From positions 22,258,001 to 22,322,000 of the forward strand of contig NC_043004.1 of the NCBI RefSeq assembly GCF_006345805.1: a stretch of 64,000 bases of DNA, given 5' to 3'. The stretch is from Octopus sinensis (Eukaryota). How positions within the stretch are numbered: the stretch's first letter is position 1; every line of letters starts with the position of its first letter. This document shows positions 12,246 to 28,193 of the stretch, in pieces. A program made the position numbers and the translations under genes. The notes beneath the pieces were generated by a model. It had not been told where the DNA came from and searched no databases. It saw nothing but the letters and a program-made list of their open reading frames with translations.

Positions 12246-12608
12246 AAGTAGTCACAACACGTGAGTAGCTAGTAGTAGCTTGTTGCTAACATAATCTGTC
12301 AGTCCCAAGAAAGAGCGGAATGTTATTCTTATTTAGTCCCAAGATTTAAAAATGTAATATTTCTGCTTCTGTAGATCAGTGAAAGTTTTTCACTTTAAAA
12401 TCTATAAGTTTTTGACAGCAGATTAGCATCGACATCTAGCAGAGTCAAGCTACCCTAATCTGATAAGGGGCAATAAACCCTGATACTAATCCTTGGTTAC
12501 TGGGCTTTTCTGGGTGGAGTGCTAATCTCCCCTGTTCGAAAACATAACGAGACAATGCGTTTGTATCGTATACCCAGATAGAAACGATGTTTCTTGGGGC
12601 TAAATAGC

Positions 12609-12913
<305 letters not shown>

Positions 12914-13225
12914 AAGAAGGAGCACTCTGTCAGTTGCGCCGACGTGGGTTCCAGCTCATACGATCAAGGGAAACCTTTGTCGTGAAATTAACGTGCAAGT
13001 GACTGAGCATTTCAAAGACATGTATACCCCTAACGTTGTTCTTAGGCAGATTCAATGTGACACAGAGTGTTAGAGGACTGACCCTTTGAAATACGGGTAC
13101 TACTCCTTTTTGGCTGCTGAGTGGACAAGAGCAACGTGAAATAAAGTGTCTGGCTCAAGGATACAACGCCTTGCCGGTAATTGAACACACTAACTAACGA
13201 TCGTGAGCCGAATGCGCAAGCCACA
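12914..13225 (-). mobile_element. tRNA-derived SINE, family C
   Basis: Reverse complement: tRNA-like head ggcttgcgcattcggctcacgatcg...gttcaattaccggc, then gcgttgtatccttgagccagacactttatttcacgttgctc, a core shared with 34124-34370. Confidence 0.7.
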
Positions 13226-13231
13226 AAGGAT

Positions 13232-13265
13232 ATGTACATATACATACTTATATATGCAAGTATAC

Positions 13266-13310
<45 letters not shown>

Positions 13311-13429
13311 ATATATATATAGATATATATATATATATATACTTATATGTGCATATATAGACATGTATATATATATGTATATTTATATGTACATAAGTAA
13401 ATATGTATATATATAAGTATATATGTATA

Positions 13430-13510
<81 letters not shown>

Positions 13511-13570
13511 GTACATATATATATACATATATATATATATAATATATATATATATGTGTGTGTGTGTATG
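13232..13570. repeat. (TA)n-rich compound microsatellite
   Basis: Directly visible. Confidence 0.97.
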
Positions 13571-13599
13571 TAAATGTTCATATATATTGTATGTAAGGG

Positions 13600-14140
13600 T
13601 GCATATTTTTATGTATAAATGTCAATTTCTATTTGTCCGTCTGTCTGTTACCGTCTTTTTGCCCAAACCAGCAAACTAATCTTCACCACACTTCGTATAC
13701 GTGTTGATCTAACATCCCGATCAATTATAGTTTAATTGAATCGATAATGAACCGACTACGTGGGTTGGGCTATTATAGGATAAAATGAGAGGTGTGCAAG
13801 AGTGTTAGGTTCAGGGAAATGTACCCTAATGAGGGTTGATGTTATCAGCGATGGAGAGTAGACAGGAAGAGATAGACAGACAGGGAATGTGAGAGACAGA
13901 CAAAGAGAACGGCAGACAGACGTAGATTGGGAGAGACAGAGTGTGTTTAATGAAGGGAAAAGCTAATTTTAATACTTTGTTCTTTCATTTCTCCCTATCA
14001 CTTAACGCATGTGGTTTAGAGAATTAACTGTCGTATGCTCAGTCAAAAGTTTTACAATATGTGAAACAACAGATGTTAAACAAGTGAACGGTAAAGTGTT
14101 TTTATATTTGATTTGACATCCCGGTATTCAGACATATTAA
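13600..14140 (+). mobile_element. Possible decayed Helitron/Helentron-type non-autonomous repeat
   Basis: gtccgtctgtctgtt...aatcttcaccacacttcgtata motif and a cccggtattcag end loosely resemble invertebrate HINE/DINE-type elements. No intact terminal hairpin or CTAG end was seen. Confidence 0.2.
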
Positions 14141-14220
14141 AATTTACCAACGTATATATATCTTTCCTTTTCTTCCATAGATAAATAGCACCCCGTCTTA
14201 CATATATATATAGAGAGTTC

Positions 14221-14278
<58 letters not shown>

Positions 14279-14291
14279 TGTATCTTCATCA

Positions 14292-15165
14292 TGCATTCGA
14301 AAACTGAGTTGCAGATTTTGACGTACGGGCTATCAAAATGTTCAGTAATCCTCCGACTACCAAACTGACTTTTTCTTTTACGTATTTGCATTACAAAAAC
14401 TTTCCATTATAATCTTTTCTATAAGTCAACCATCGTAAACATTTTATACCAGGACGATAACGACGTTGACGACACATTTTCTTTGTGTGTATGTACCTTA
14501 AAATATGTCCATTTCTCTATATGTTATGACGAAAGACAGTCACTCACTCTCTCATGCACATGCACACGCACACATATGTACAAAAAAGACGTATGCATAT
14601 GTATTTATGTATATGAAATGTAAGATGTGTGTGTGTGACAGAGAGGGAAAGAGAAAGAGACTTACACATATGTGCAAAAAGTACACACCTGACAGCGCAC
14701 ACCTTCACTCACTCACTTTCTTTCTTCTTCTCTCTCTCTCTCTCACACACATACGCACACGCACACATGCACGCACACACACACTCAACACGTCCATTTC
14801 ATATACACGTGAATTGATCTTTCACTTTCTCCGCTCTTTCAATTTCTGCTCTCTCCAAAGCATAAAGAATTTTTTTTTAAATTACGGAAATTAACAAACA
14901 CATTCGAAAACTTAGTTGCTGATTTTGACGTATGGGATATCAAAGGATTCATTAATCTTTTAGCTAAAAAATAGAATTCATTTTCATTTACATATTTGCA
15001 TTACAAAAGTTTAACATGATAATATTTCTATATTTCAACTATTCTAAACGACATTTCATACCACGACGATGACGACGTCACATTTTCTGCATGAGTGTGT
15101 ACCTTAAAAGACATCCATTTCTGTATATGTTTTGAGGAAATACAATCACCCACTTTCTCTCTCAC
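14292..15165. repeat. Old diverged direct duplication of about 270 bp (14292-14560 and 14898-15165)
   Basis: Colinear blocks: cattcgaaaactgagttgcagattttgacgtacggg vs cattcgaaaacttagttgctgattttgacgtatggg; tatttgcattacaaaa in both; gtaccttaaaa in both. Confidence 0.8.
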
Positions 15166-16487
15166 ACGTACACACACAGACAGACTGACTGACAGACAGA
15201 CAGACACAGACAAACAGACAGGTGTAAGTGTATGATTCGCAAAATTACAGGCAGCTCGAATTATCTGCTTTCCATTTCACAACACACTAAGATAACATTG
15301 AAACTGAAGTATTTTATTGAAACACTGTTAATAAGAAGGCTGTTAAAACATTAGAGTAATTTGCCAATCAAGTTGCTTTTCGAGGATAATTCATTTCAAC
15401 AAAACTTTTGTAAATTAAGAACAATTTTGTAATGTTTCATTTTCATAATTTCATTTGTTTTTTTTTCAATTATATTCTTTTGTGTACGAAATTCTGTTGT
15501 CAGCGTGGTTTACTTCGACAACCATTAACTAATCATCTTGTAACACATGTGTTACGTAATTACTATATGCTAGTAAATCGATTAACTATCTGTATTACAC
15601 ATTGAATTTTCGCTTTGTTGTAATTCTCGTGATTCTTCGGCAACAGGAAATATGTAATGTCTAATTAGATATCTCCCACTTAAGTGAGACGCTTGTGAGC
15701 ACGTGTTATTTTATCAACAAAAGTTTCTCCAATTCCCTGTAGGTAGTTAAATTATATTACAGATGTGATCAAGGTTAGGGTTCTTAAATAATGTACGTTT
15801 GTCTGTTCATACCTATGATTGAACATTATGAAACACTGCTTCATGTGTTCTGGTAAGTGTGTGCAAATATGTATATGAGTGTGTACATATGTATGTGTTT
15901 ACGTGAATCTGTACTTACGCGCAAGCTGGCGCGCACGTGTACATGTGAAAGTAACACAGACAGAGGCAGAGAGAGACCTAGTGCTAATGATAATGAGCTC
16001 ACGAAGACATGATCATGCATTTGATTGGTAGATTAGGTTGCGCGTTGCATACGTGATCAATGTACGTCTTTTCCCGTATGCGTACCAGTCCAAAGCTGGT
16101 GCCGCTCCCTGTTCATCCATCTGTTATATAGTGAATGTTAGGTATAAACAAGGGAGTGTCGTTTATGTCGTTTATGTCAGCTTACGTTTGCAGAAGCACT
16201 ATAGAACAATTAGCGAAAACTTGATACAAGTTTTGGCAAATAAAATTTAAATGTTGAGGTGAATCTAACGGTTTTTGTGTGTTTTAAGTGGCTTATAAAC
16301 ACCTTCCACGCTGCAATTGATTTTTTGTTTTTGCTTATATTCCACCAATGGACCACGAGTGTGTTGCTTCGCCATATTCATTCTATAAAATGTGTTTAAC
16401 GGGAGAAAAATATTGAAAAAACATCAATACATGTGAGAGTGAAAACGACGGTGGTTTGTGTCATGCTATTACCGATCTATCCATTAC

Positions 16488-16693
<206 letters not shown>

Positions 16694-16867
16694 TCCCCCC
16701 GCTAATTCTATGTTAGAACTGTTCACTGCAATTGATGCCAACGCAGGACAAGGGGCTCTCATATATATAGACAGGAAGTAGTAGGTGATGGAAACAGTCA
16801 GAAGGGGAGACAACAGAGAAATAAATAGAGGGAGAAAGCAAAACGCTCAACCATATATAAATACTAG

Positions 16868-17240
16868 TAAATATCTTTTATCTTTTACTTGTTTAAGTCA
16901 TTAGACTGCGGCCATGTTAGGGCACTATACCTTGAATATGTAGTCGAATGAATCGACCCTAGTACTTATTTTAAAGCCTGGTGCCTATCTCAGTCTCTTC
17001 TGCCGAACCACGACATTACAGGGGTGTAAACACACCAACACCAGTTGTAAATTGATGACTGGTGGTGTGGACAAACACAGATACACACACACATAGGTGT
17101 TTCCATCTACCAAATCCACTCACAAGGCTTGGTCGGCCCGAAGTTATAGTAGAAGACACTTGCCCAAGGTGCCACGGTGTATGAATGAATCCGGAAGCAT
17201 GTGATTGGGAAGCAAGCTTTTTACTACACAGCCCCTCCTG
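16868..17240 (-). mobile_element. SINE family A (diverged)
   Basis: atcttttacttgtttaagtcattagactgcggccatg tail through ttactacacagcccctcctg head. Confidence 0.85.
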
Positions 17241-17305
17241 TATATGTTTGTATATAAATCTACATATGTATACATATTTATATATGTATGTGTGTATATA
17301 CAGAT

Positions 17306-17447
17306 ATCTTTTATCTTTTTATTTTTTACCTGTTTCAACCATTAGACTGCGGCCATGCTGGGACACCACCTTGAATTTTTAATTGAATGATTCAACCTTC
17401 ATATTTATTTTTGTAGCATCGTACTTCCTCTATAGGTGTCTTCTGCC
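17306..17447 (-). mobile_element. SINE family A 3' fragment
   Basis: ttttacctgtttcaaccattagactgcggccatgctgggacaccacc...gtacttcctctataggtgtcttctgcc. Confidence 0.7.
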
Positions 17448-20400
17448 ATTGATAAGGTTCCAAAAGGCAACAAAAATCTTGGAAGGGAAATCGAACCAGT
17501 TAGTACGTTAGATAATAAGGCATTAAGACAAAATGACTCTTCCCAGTCACTACATAATTTGCTTCCACATACGAGTTCACATAATGAATCTTGCAAACCA
17601 GATACAAAAACGATGTGTGTGTGTATATATATATATACAGAATGTGAGAAAATAAATATATACGTACAAATCAAGATATAGCTCGACAGAGAGATAAGGT
17701 TTTCTCATACGAAACTATTATGTCGATTAAAAAAAAAATTATAACATAACTTTTGATATAAGTCAATTATATATCAACAATTACGTATTTGATCTGGGTC
17801 GCAAATGTAAAGCTATTTTCCTTGTATCTAATTGCTTTATCATCCCTTGTATTGTGTATCTTGCTTACATTTCAGTCATCCTTCGTACAAAACTAATAAT
17901 TTTCTGGATATCCAACAGATTGACTATTCTTTGATAGAAATAAACGCAGCATAGTCTGATGTTACATTAATATGTAGCCTATGTTAAGTCTTTTGTATGT
18001 ATATTGGTTTATGTCGACGTGTACTCTTGCCCAAAGCCTGAAACATATACTTGTGCTGTTTGTGTTATTCTTGGTGATGAGAATCTTGGCGTATCGTATT
18101 AATTTAATTTCCAGCTCTGGATGGCATGAAATAATATCTTTCATATGATATGATGTAAACTGTTGTCCTAAAACCAATAAACCAGACATCGTCTAGAAAT
18201 ATTTCATCTGTTCTATGTTTTTCCTGTAATTATGCGACGTAAGCAGAAAGGACGGTACGCACAAACCTCAGATGAAAGGAAGTTATTTGAGAGCTATTTT
18301 GGAATACACAAACACATCCGTATGAAAAAAATCCAATTTATTAATATTTCCCTAGATATACTTCTGTTTTTAACATTCATACCAATGCCAATATTATGTA
18401 CTTAATAGGTTATCTTCTATATCAGTCAGTATTCAACATCGTTGTTATAGATAATAACGTATTCGAAGTATATATAGAGGAGACTAAAAACTTTTCATAA
18501 CTTTTTCATATTACATTTAAATAGTATGGACGTTCATTTTCCTAATTTCCTAATTCTCGACTGACTGTAGCATCGCCGTGAATGCTATTCTGTTGCTGTG
18601 ATGTAGATCTCAGATAAATGAAATGTCCAAATGTTGTTGACGCCTGCAGCTTCTGATCTGATGGAGGATAATGAAAAGAGGTGTTACTATGGTTGGAGAG
18701 CGTAACACTTGTTCCATACAGCGGAGATCATTGACGATGGCAGCCACAAAATTTACCAGGAAGCAATACTGTTTTTAGAATTTCCCGAATAACGGGAAAC
18801 ACTATTATTTAGGGCGTGGTGTGTGTTTGCGTGTGTATGGTTGTAACGGTGAGTTATGTAATAGGCACGTGTGTGAAAACATTTCTTCGCATTTATTTAA
18901 TTTTGTGATTGTTAATGATACTGCATGATGATCCGTACCTACGTAAGAAAGAATGAATTTTTGAAAAGGGAAAGCATAAATGGGATCTAATGTTGTGAGA
19001 GCTCTATCTGCTGCAAAAAGCATCCAAATGATTCTCTAAATAACTCTGTATCTTCTATTAGAAAAATTTAGAAAAACATATGCGATTTTGTAAAACTGAA
19101 AGCGACTGGTCAAAAAGTGTGAGCATTTAAACTTAGAGCACCTACGACAATGATATTAACGTTGATCCAAATTGGGTGATATTTGCTTTTTTATAACGTT
19201 CAAATATCTTCGATCCATGATATAAACTAATATGTTTTAAACTGATAAAATTACTGTGTCGCAAACGAGTGTCAGGTTGACAACAAAACCGAATTTTCGA
19301 CTTCCTTGCAGATGACCATTTTGCTGTTATAACTGTTTCTCGCCAACATGAAATGTGAATATTTGCACCTGCTATTTTGGGAGAAAGCTCAAGTACCCTA
19401 AGTGGTTGATTGCATACGTCAAGTATATCATATTGAGTAATAAACTCCTGTTACTCATAGGTAAATTGAATGGTACAATTCCTTTTGCATTAGGGAAGGA
19501 CGCGCAGATTGAATGTCAAGGCAATTACATGTTAGAAATATGCTGTCATTAACTTTTCCTACCTCATGAACTGATGCATTGTTTAGTAAAACCTAATCGA
19601 GGGAGGAATGACAGCATTCCAAGGCTCCAAAACTGGCGATGAAAGGGAAGGGTTATATTCCGACTGGAGTTCTGAACCTAATTATATCACGGTTTAGTAG
19701 GTGGAGATGTAAAACCAGACAACCGCAAACCATTCACAGCAGATTTCTTGTACCACATCATATACAATAGGTTTGCTTACATTTCCCTTCAACGCAGTTT
19801 CACTCATAAATCTACAGTTGACTCTAAATTATTATAGAATTCACTTGCCCGAAATGCCGCACAGTAAATCGAAATGAAGACAATGTGGCTACAAAGCTGA
19901 ATCATGTTGGTATGTAACTATTTCCAAAACAGTATAAATATATATATATATATATATCACATAAAATTATATTTTAATAAATCTTGTAATGCATGTTATA
20001 ATGTCAATCTATCTTGACATTATGTTTGGAAACTAATATTTTTACACACAAAAATATATTTATGAATAAAAGAAAATATTGATTGATTCTTACTCGTCTG
20101 TTCCTCGTTCCAACGTAAAATATCTTTATAGTTATACAACCGTATTATATGCAACACATCCATATTGTTTATTTGTGAATAAATAAATGTGTTAAATCTT
20201 TAAGTTATTTAGCATTTTGGCAAAAGAGTAGCAGTCACGAAATAGTATTACATAGCAGATTTATCACTATATTATATCTCTACGGAAAAAATAAAAGAAC
20301 TGCTTGCGGTTTTGGCAGCTGTCTTCGTACTATTCTCTTACACACCTCACATATTGCTGTTCCATTATAACTCCATAGAGATTATTTATCTTTTTTATAG

Positions 20401-21452
20401 TATTTTTTGTAGTTTTCTTTAATCTTAAATTGCAACAATAGATAATTCATATATCTTTCTAATAGGATAAAATACTTTTCTCTTTGATTCACACAGTTTT
20501 AAAATCGTATTGTCTATCGTTATATTAACTGTCCTTTGTGTTCTTTCCTCACATATTCATTTTAATTCCTTCTGCTATGTAGCAGACAGGATGAAAGATG
20601 TTAGTTGCCAGAGTGGACTGTCTGTTGTAAAATTCTTATTTACTGCTCCATTGCGTTTTCAAATAATGTGCAACCAACAGCCGACATCTTCACATTTTCC
20701 CCACTCGTAGCTATAGAGTTGCACGTAGTATTTTAATTCTTTTCTATTAATCCACCTTTTAAAGTTTAACATCATCAAATAGAGTATTATTCCTTTGTAT
20801 CTAGACGATCATTATATTATTGCGCTCATCTGTCTGGATTAACTACATCCCAAGATAATGCCCGCTTAAACATTAACATTATTTAAATTTGCACAGTAGA
20901 GGAAACTTTCAAAGCCACTGCATGTCTGTGCAGTAAGCTTTGTAGTTTGATGGAATTAATCTATTGAGAAATTGTTTCAACTTTCAATGCAAATTCCAGG
21001 CCATCTTTCATAATCCTTAAATCGTATTTTCACTACTTCATGAATATTTCTGTGGCTCCTTAAAGATTGGTGACATGCAATTACAGGAATATAAACATGG
21101 TATTTATAACCACGATGGAAATATTTTCTAGTGTTACAATTGCTGGAAGGAATGTTATAAACATCTACTACTAATATTAAAATAAAATCTTTACAGATTA
21201 AAAATATGCCTATATTTAAATTCTGCTTGCTTCTAAATTCGAGTGGTATTAAGAAGTAAGGTTAGTTGAAAAAGCGTTTCTTGAATGTTTAATTTGTTTT
21301 ATGTTACAACTGATGAAGGAAAGTGTGGGTGTTAAAGGTTTTAATGGAACGAACACTAGTTCGCTGTTTTTCAGCAGTAGGAACAATAGAGAGTAAAAGA
21401 GAACTCGTTAGCATAGCAACGTTTCCTTCAAATTTCTCCGCGTTATATAGAT

Positions 21453-21676
21453 CGAGCTGGCAGAAACGTTAGTGCGCTGGCAAAATGCTTAGTGATATTT
21501 CGTCTGCCGTTACGTTTCTGAGTTCAAATTCCGCCAAGGTCGACTTTGCCTTTCATCCTTTCGGGGTCGATAAATAAAGTACCAGTTACGCACTGGGGTT
21601 GATATAATCGACTTAATCCGTTTGTCTGTCTTTGTTTGTCCTCTCTGTGTTTACCCCATTGTGGGCAGTAAAGAAA
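21453..21676 (+). mobile_element. SINE family B, single unit
   Basis: cgagctggcagaaacgttag head, gagttcaaattcc B-box-like motif, Nin-like core, gtgggcagtaaagaaa tail. Confidence 0.9.
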
Positions 21677-21799
21677 GTTTATATAGATACTTCGTTGACA
21701 TGCATCGGCATAACGTGCGTTCACGCAAACTGACATATGCATTCATGTGAGCAAGGGGCGTACACGCATAAGCCTATATACATATATATATGTGTGTGT

Positions 21800-21870
<71 letters not shown>

Positions 21871-22169
21871 TGTATGTGTGTATACAGACAGAGACGCACA
21901 CATATACGTATGCATATGTGTATAGTATGCTGAAAATAACCCACCCAAGTCAGGAGATCTGGACAAATAAGTGAAAAGAGAAAGTTGATTCTCCCCTTAG
22001 ATCGCAACAAAAGGAGAAGCAAATATCCTTTTATTATCATATGTATATACATGCATATATATGTGTGTGTATACATATCTCTCTCACCCTGCTCTCTCTC
22101 TCTCCCTCGCGCTCTCTGTATATATATATATATATGTGTGTATGTGTTGTGTGTGTGTGTGTGTGTATG

Positions 22170-22202
<33 letters not shown>

Positions 22203-22764
22203 ACCCATACGTACTTCTACAAACCCTCGGTCTAAACAACACTAATTTTGAAGAAAGGATTCATATTTAAAGTAGTTGTTAAAAGTTCTACATATAAAAA
22301 GAAATAATAATTTTCGTAATTTAAGAAAATATGGTTAGAATACAGTTTTAAAGTAGAGAAAGAGACTGAGAGAGAAGGAGACATAGATTATAAAGACTGC
22401 ATTTACGTAGAGCAATACAGGAGAGGGGGAACACAAAGTATAACACCAAAGCAAGGTATTCAACAATATTAATGTGATAAAAATTGAGAAAATTAGAAAT
22501 ATAACTATAATACTTGGCAACGAGAATGAAAAATGTCTTATAGGTATAAAAGAGAATAACTTGTGCGGAAGCTATCCAGTGTGTGTGTGTGTGAGAAAGA
22601 GAGAGGGGAAAGAGAGAGAGAGGGAGTGAGTGTGAGAGAGAGGAATGCACAAAGGACGCTAGACGCTTCAATCGATCTTGCAAACTCTCGTTATTATCAA
22701 TTGCACATGACTTAATTAGTCCAGTAAATAGAGGTGACAATACAAACACACTTCCATCTATCTA

Positions 22765-23180
<416 letters not shown>

Positions 23181-23184
23181 GTGT

Positions 23185-23405
23185 ATCTGCATGTACCCAC
23201 CACCGCTTGAAAATCTTTGTCACTGTGCTTACACCCCCATACCTGTTCGTCAAAAGTAAACAAATTGAGAAACCAGTATGCTTTAGATAAAAAGTAAATA
23301 AAAGTTAAACAAGTAACTGGGGTCCTGTCATTTGACTTAAAGTTTTCGATGTAGTGTCCCTGTATGGTCCCAGTTTTGTAACTGAAACGAGTAAAAGATA
23401 AAAGA
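23185..23405 (+). mobile_element. Degenerate SINE family A 3' body
   Basis: acccaccaccgcttgaaaatc...ctggggtc...ctgaaacgagtaaaagataaaag. Confidence 0.5.
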
Positions 23406-23511
23406 CATATCCGCGCGCACTTTCTTTTCCAGTTACTTTCTTCACGATGCTGACTGTGGGTAAAATAAACTGCTAAACGACAAATATGAAGACGCCAAGA
23501 AATATGACTGA

Positions 23512-23543
<32 letters not shown>

Positions 23544-24879
23544 AGGTATGTATATATTTAGAACATAGCCCTAAATGATAAACAGACCGATTGAGAGTTC
23601 GTAGTTTTACAGTAAATACTGTGATAATACAATTTCTTGTAAATTTCAGTGGAATATTGGTGGGATAGTTTTAATGTCATATGCGATATTTAGCATTAAT
23701 CAATTGGGTATTACAGACAGTAATATTTCCTATCGATTTACTGGCATCAGACTGAATTATGAAAAGATATCGAAGAGATATTTCAGAATGCAATCACAAT
23801 TACTTATTGAATATTCGCTTTATTTAAATATTTTCATTAGTGAAAGCAAATATTTTTTTAAGATACTATATTTATTAAATACTGCCATTAATGTATTTCG
23901 GAACTGAATTCCAGATATCGCTCGAAGTTAAGGTAAAGTACACTTGCCCTTCGCGCTGGGCAGTAAGATTGAACCGTGAATCCCTTTATTACGAAGCAAA
24001 GTTTTTAATATACCATTATTCTTTTTCGTAGTAGTTTTACAAAAAAACGAATGTATAAAGGAATTATTTTCTATATTTTTCCCCAGAAAATATAAATCCC
24101 TCGATTATTGTGATGGAATGATGTAACAGTGTTCAATAATTATTTATTGAGTGAAATAAGAAGAGACCGAGAAGAATATAAGTTTATTGCACGAATTCTT
24201 CCTCGTACAAAGGCTTGCTGTATACATTGAAAATAGACTGTTTGAAAAGTAGGAAGAAGAAAATGAATGATAAAACAAAGTATTCCTTCCTCCACCAATT
24301 TTTTATGCTATGAACTCAACGTTAAGCTGGTAAAGTTCGTACAGAGAAATAATCACCTAATTTCAACACATTATGTAAATATTAGTGGCTATATTGTACC
24401 GGTGAAATCGGTTTGAAGTGCACAGTAGAAAAGATAATATGAACAAATAAATCAGAAGAATTCCATTTACCAACTTATCCAAAATAATCTACTAACATGT
24501 ATGAACAGGGTAGGAAAATTACTATTGCAAATGCTAAAGGAATAGGATACATTGTTAATGGTTCAGTCGAGTGACCCGCTCCAACAATATTAAATTTTAT
24601 ATAAGCACATATCTACACATAATTATCTACACATTTCACGTAAACACAGATAACACATTCATAGCATTATCTTTACTAAAGGCACAAGACATATTGTTTT
24701 GGAGGAGAAGGTTTGTCATGAATATTGAGCCCAGAGCTAGACTGGTACATATTTTCTCAATTCCAAAATAATAAAAAGCAAAGACGACTTTTGGAGCAAT
24801 TGAACTTAAAATGTAAAAGCAGAAGAATAAGCATATTTTCTGCTTCGGTAGCAAACATCCATAATATTGATTTCAAATT

Positions 24880-25072
24880 TTAGCACAAGGCCAGGAATTT
24901 ATTTGGATGAGGGGAGGTGCTAGTCGATTACATTGACCCCAGTACGCAAATGGTACTTGATTTATCGATTCCGTAAGGATGGAAGACAAAGTCACCTCGG
25001 CGAATGTAAAGACAGACGAAATACAGCTTAGCATTTCGCCTGGCGTGCTAACGTTTCTGCCCACTCACCGCA
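24880..25072 (-). mobile_element. SINE family B, single unit with alternative tail
   Basis: gcacaaggcc...ctagtcgattacattgaccccagtac...gacagacgaaatac...ttagcatttcgcctggcgtgctaacgtttctgcc. Confidence 0.75.
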
Positions 25073-27639
25073 ATAAACAAACATCCATAATATTTACAAG
25101 GTTAATTACACTTTGGTAGATCTGACATATGCATTATTGTAGATTGAGAACTTTCGACCAAGTGTGATTATCCACAAAATGGTTCTAGTATCGCTTAAAA
25201 TCTATAATTAACAATCAAAGGAGATAACTTCAATAAAAGAAATTGAAATAGATGTTTGGAAAACATAGGCAATATCGAGTTTGTACTTCATACCTATTTC
25301 CTTCTACGACTTTCATATCATATACAAATACCTACGTAATTACCACTCTTAGAAATATCTAAATAGCCCCTCAAACACTTATTGTATAGTTGAGTAATGT
25401 TGTAAAAACAAGCATTTTAACTGTTTTAATATTTGTCGTTCGTCTTCGTGATATGATTAGAACCGGTATTACGCTAAAACCTGAATAATGTAGTAATCTC
25501 AAAACACGAATTACTAAATGAAGGTATAACCCTGTTATCTTAAGTGATAATTTTAAGTAATATTCCATCAGTAATCACGCTGATCTCATTAGCTCTTACG
25601 TTAATTACTCCTTTATAAGGATCAGTTTACTACATAGGCAAATGATCAGACCGTTTTCCTGAGACTGAACATCTGCTATGAATCCACGAACAGAGTAGAT
25701 TCTACAAAAAAGTACTTAGTGATCTAGCTTCAAAGCCAGTATCTATTTCCATGACAGAATAATAGAAAAATATATGCTAATGGTTGAATCGCACATAGTG
25801 CTGCAAAAGTCTATATTCTTTAAGTAAATTTAAAGGATGAGAATTATTAAGGGAAACTAAGTCCAAAATATACGAAGTAATGTTATTTTTTCTGCTATAT
25901 ACATGATGGCGAGAGTTTCAGTAGACAAAAGAACATATTTTCTGACCGTCCTACAGGTATTTGGTACTGCATAAATCAATGTTTCCGTTATTAATGTCAC
26001 AAACTTCCTATAAAAGCAAATTCATTGTCAATAGATGCCCGTGATCAATTGCGCTACACAACCATAAACACGATGATATCATATATTTTATCAGTAAATA
26101 GAATATAGAGTATATATATTATTTTTGCAATTCTCATTTGATACTTGGAAATGACTCTTTCGCATCTGAAAATATTATTTCTCAAACAATATATGTTCTG
26201 CCTACGAGTGCGTATTTCAAAGGCCGTTCCATGTTGTAGTTAACCATAAATATGTCAGCCTTAGGTGATCTTGTTCGTTCGTTTTGCTTTTGTATGTTTT
26301 CGTTTTTTTTTATTTGCTTACTTTTTTATCTTTATATCTGTTCAGGCATTTTCAAGCAAAAGATACGTTCGGAAATGTTCCGTAAACTTTGCAAACGAAA
26401 TACATCCGTTTGTATTGAGGAATTATTGATAGTTTAACAGTGCATTACATGAGAAGTAGCAGGTGATATAAATCTGAAGCATGAAATACACAAGCTTAAA
26501 ACTGAAATAATCTCATGTAACATCAAAATACTAGCACAGCAGATTTATTTCAATTTCTCCTTTTATCATATACATCATTTCTTATAAAGAAATACAGTCT
26601 CTCTCTCTGTCATTCTCTCTCTCTCTCTCTCTCTCTCACTCTCTCTAATACACACACTCACTCACTCATACACAACACCCTCACATATATATTTCTCTCT
26701 ATCTATCACTTTTTTTTCACTTTTCTTAAAACAATTTGGTAAAAATATCTCTAACTTTTTCAACAGTTCATCCTTCAGGAAAATAACTGAAAGATATTCT
26801 ACAAAAAGCAATATCTCAAATTAATTGAATGTATGTCAAATAAAGGTTTATGTTCACCATGCATGAAACTGTGAACTCTTTAAAGAAAACGCTATAACAC
26901 GCTTGAGATTTGTAAATACTGTTATCATGGCAAATTTTTTTACTACAATTTCATTGAGCATGAAAATAAAACGTAGATAAAACAAAAGCTATTCGTAAAC
27001 GATAACGAAAAGAAAAGCAGTAAAAACGATTCATAGCAGCTTCATTTAATTTATTTTTTGTTTCAGTTTTGCTGTTTGACTTTACTTAAATGCCCTATAA
27101 CTGGTCACTGTAAAAGTAACATGAAATTTGCTTCATTGCTCAGTGGCGTTACTGACATTCCTTTGAATTAAAATCTAGAACGAAAATATTATTTCTTCTA
27201 TTTAGCTTATTGCGCGTTGGGTGAATGCATTTGAGTGAAAGGATAGATATTTGACTTTCATTCAACCGAAGAGTATTTAGTCAAAAATACAGGAACTACG
27301 TGTTATTTATGCATTCGATTAGATTGCTAAACATCATAAAATTTATGGTTTCATTATTACATGACATGGGTAAGTACAGTATTGGCATATCGCTTCAGTA
27401 AAAAGGATTCATACACAAACATATATATACACACACATACACAGACACACACGCGAAAACACGAACACACACAAACGCGCTCACAAGAACATTCACACAC
27501 GTGCACATTCGCAAAAATATAATCATACTCACCCACACTAATAGGGTTTCAAATACATTACCTTCTCAGATATTAGAAGCTGGAACACTTCCCTTAACTC
27601 TTCAGAGTAACGATCTATCCCTATCACTATGTTTTGCAT

Positions 27640-27693
27640 AGATATACGCATACATATATATACAAGCATGTATACTGACACGTATATATATAC

Positions 27694-27734
<41 letters not shown>

Positions 27735-27803
27735 GCGAGAGAGAGAGACATAGATGCATAGATACATGTAAATGCATATATTTACGTACATATGTGTGTG
27801 TAC

Positions 27804-27837
<34 letters not shown>

Positions 27838-28135
27838 CGCGCACTGAATGACGCATGTAAAAAAACTAAATGTATGTTTGTACAAATATATATATACATA
27901 TGAATATATATACATATACACATAAATATATAACTATATATTTATATACATATATATATATGTATATATATACATGTATATATATATATATGTATATATA
28001 TATGCATATGTATATGTATATATGTATATATATGTATGAATATATATGTATATATATATATATATATAATATATATATATATTATATATATATATATATA
28101 TATATGTATAAGGGTGAAAAGGAACACACGAGTTG
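27640..28135. repeat. Compound (TA)n/(TACA)n microsatellite region
   Basis: Directly visible. Confidence 0.95.
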
Positions 28136-28193
28136 ATATATATGAAAAAACAAGTAAAAAATAGAAAATGCTAAAATAATTTTATAGTGAACA

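Noticed and set aside
15690-16160. E-boxes (CACGTG), an ATTGG motif and TATA-like words suggesting a promoter
   Set aside because: Short motifs are expected by chance and no linked first exon could be identified.
17436-17681. ORF with an apparently good acceptor (cttcctctatag|G)
   Set aside because: The acceptor lies inside a decayed SINE, the frame runs into a microsatellite and no donor was found.
21305-21370. CTGATGAAGG with a downstream ACTAGT palindrome
   Set aside because: Stem II and stem I do not pair, so it is not a hammerhead.
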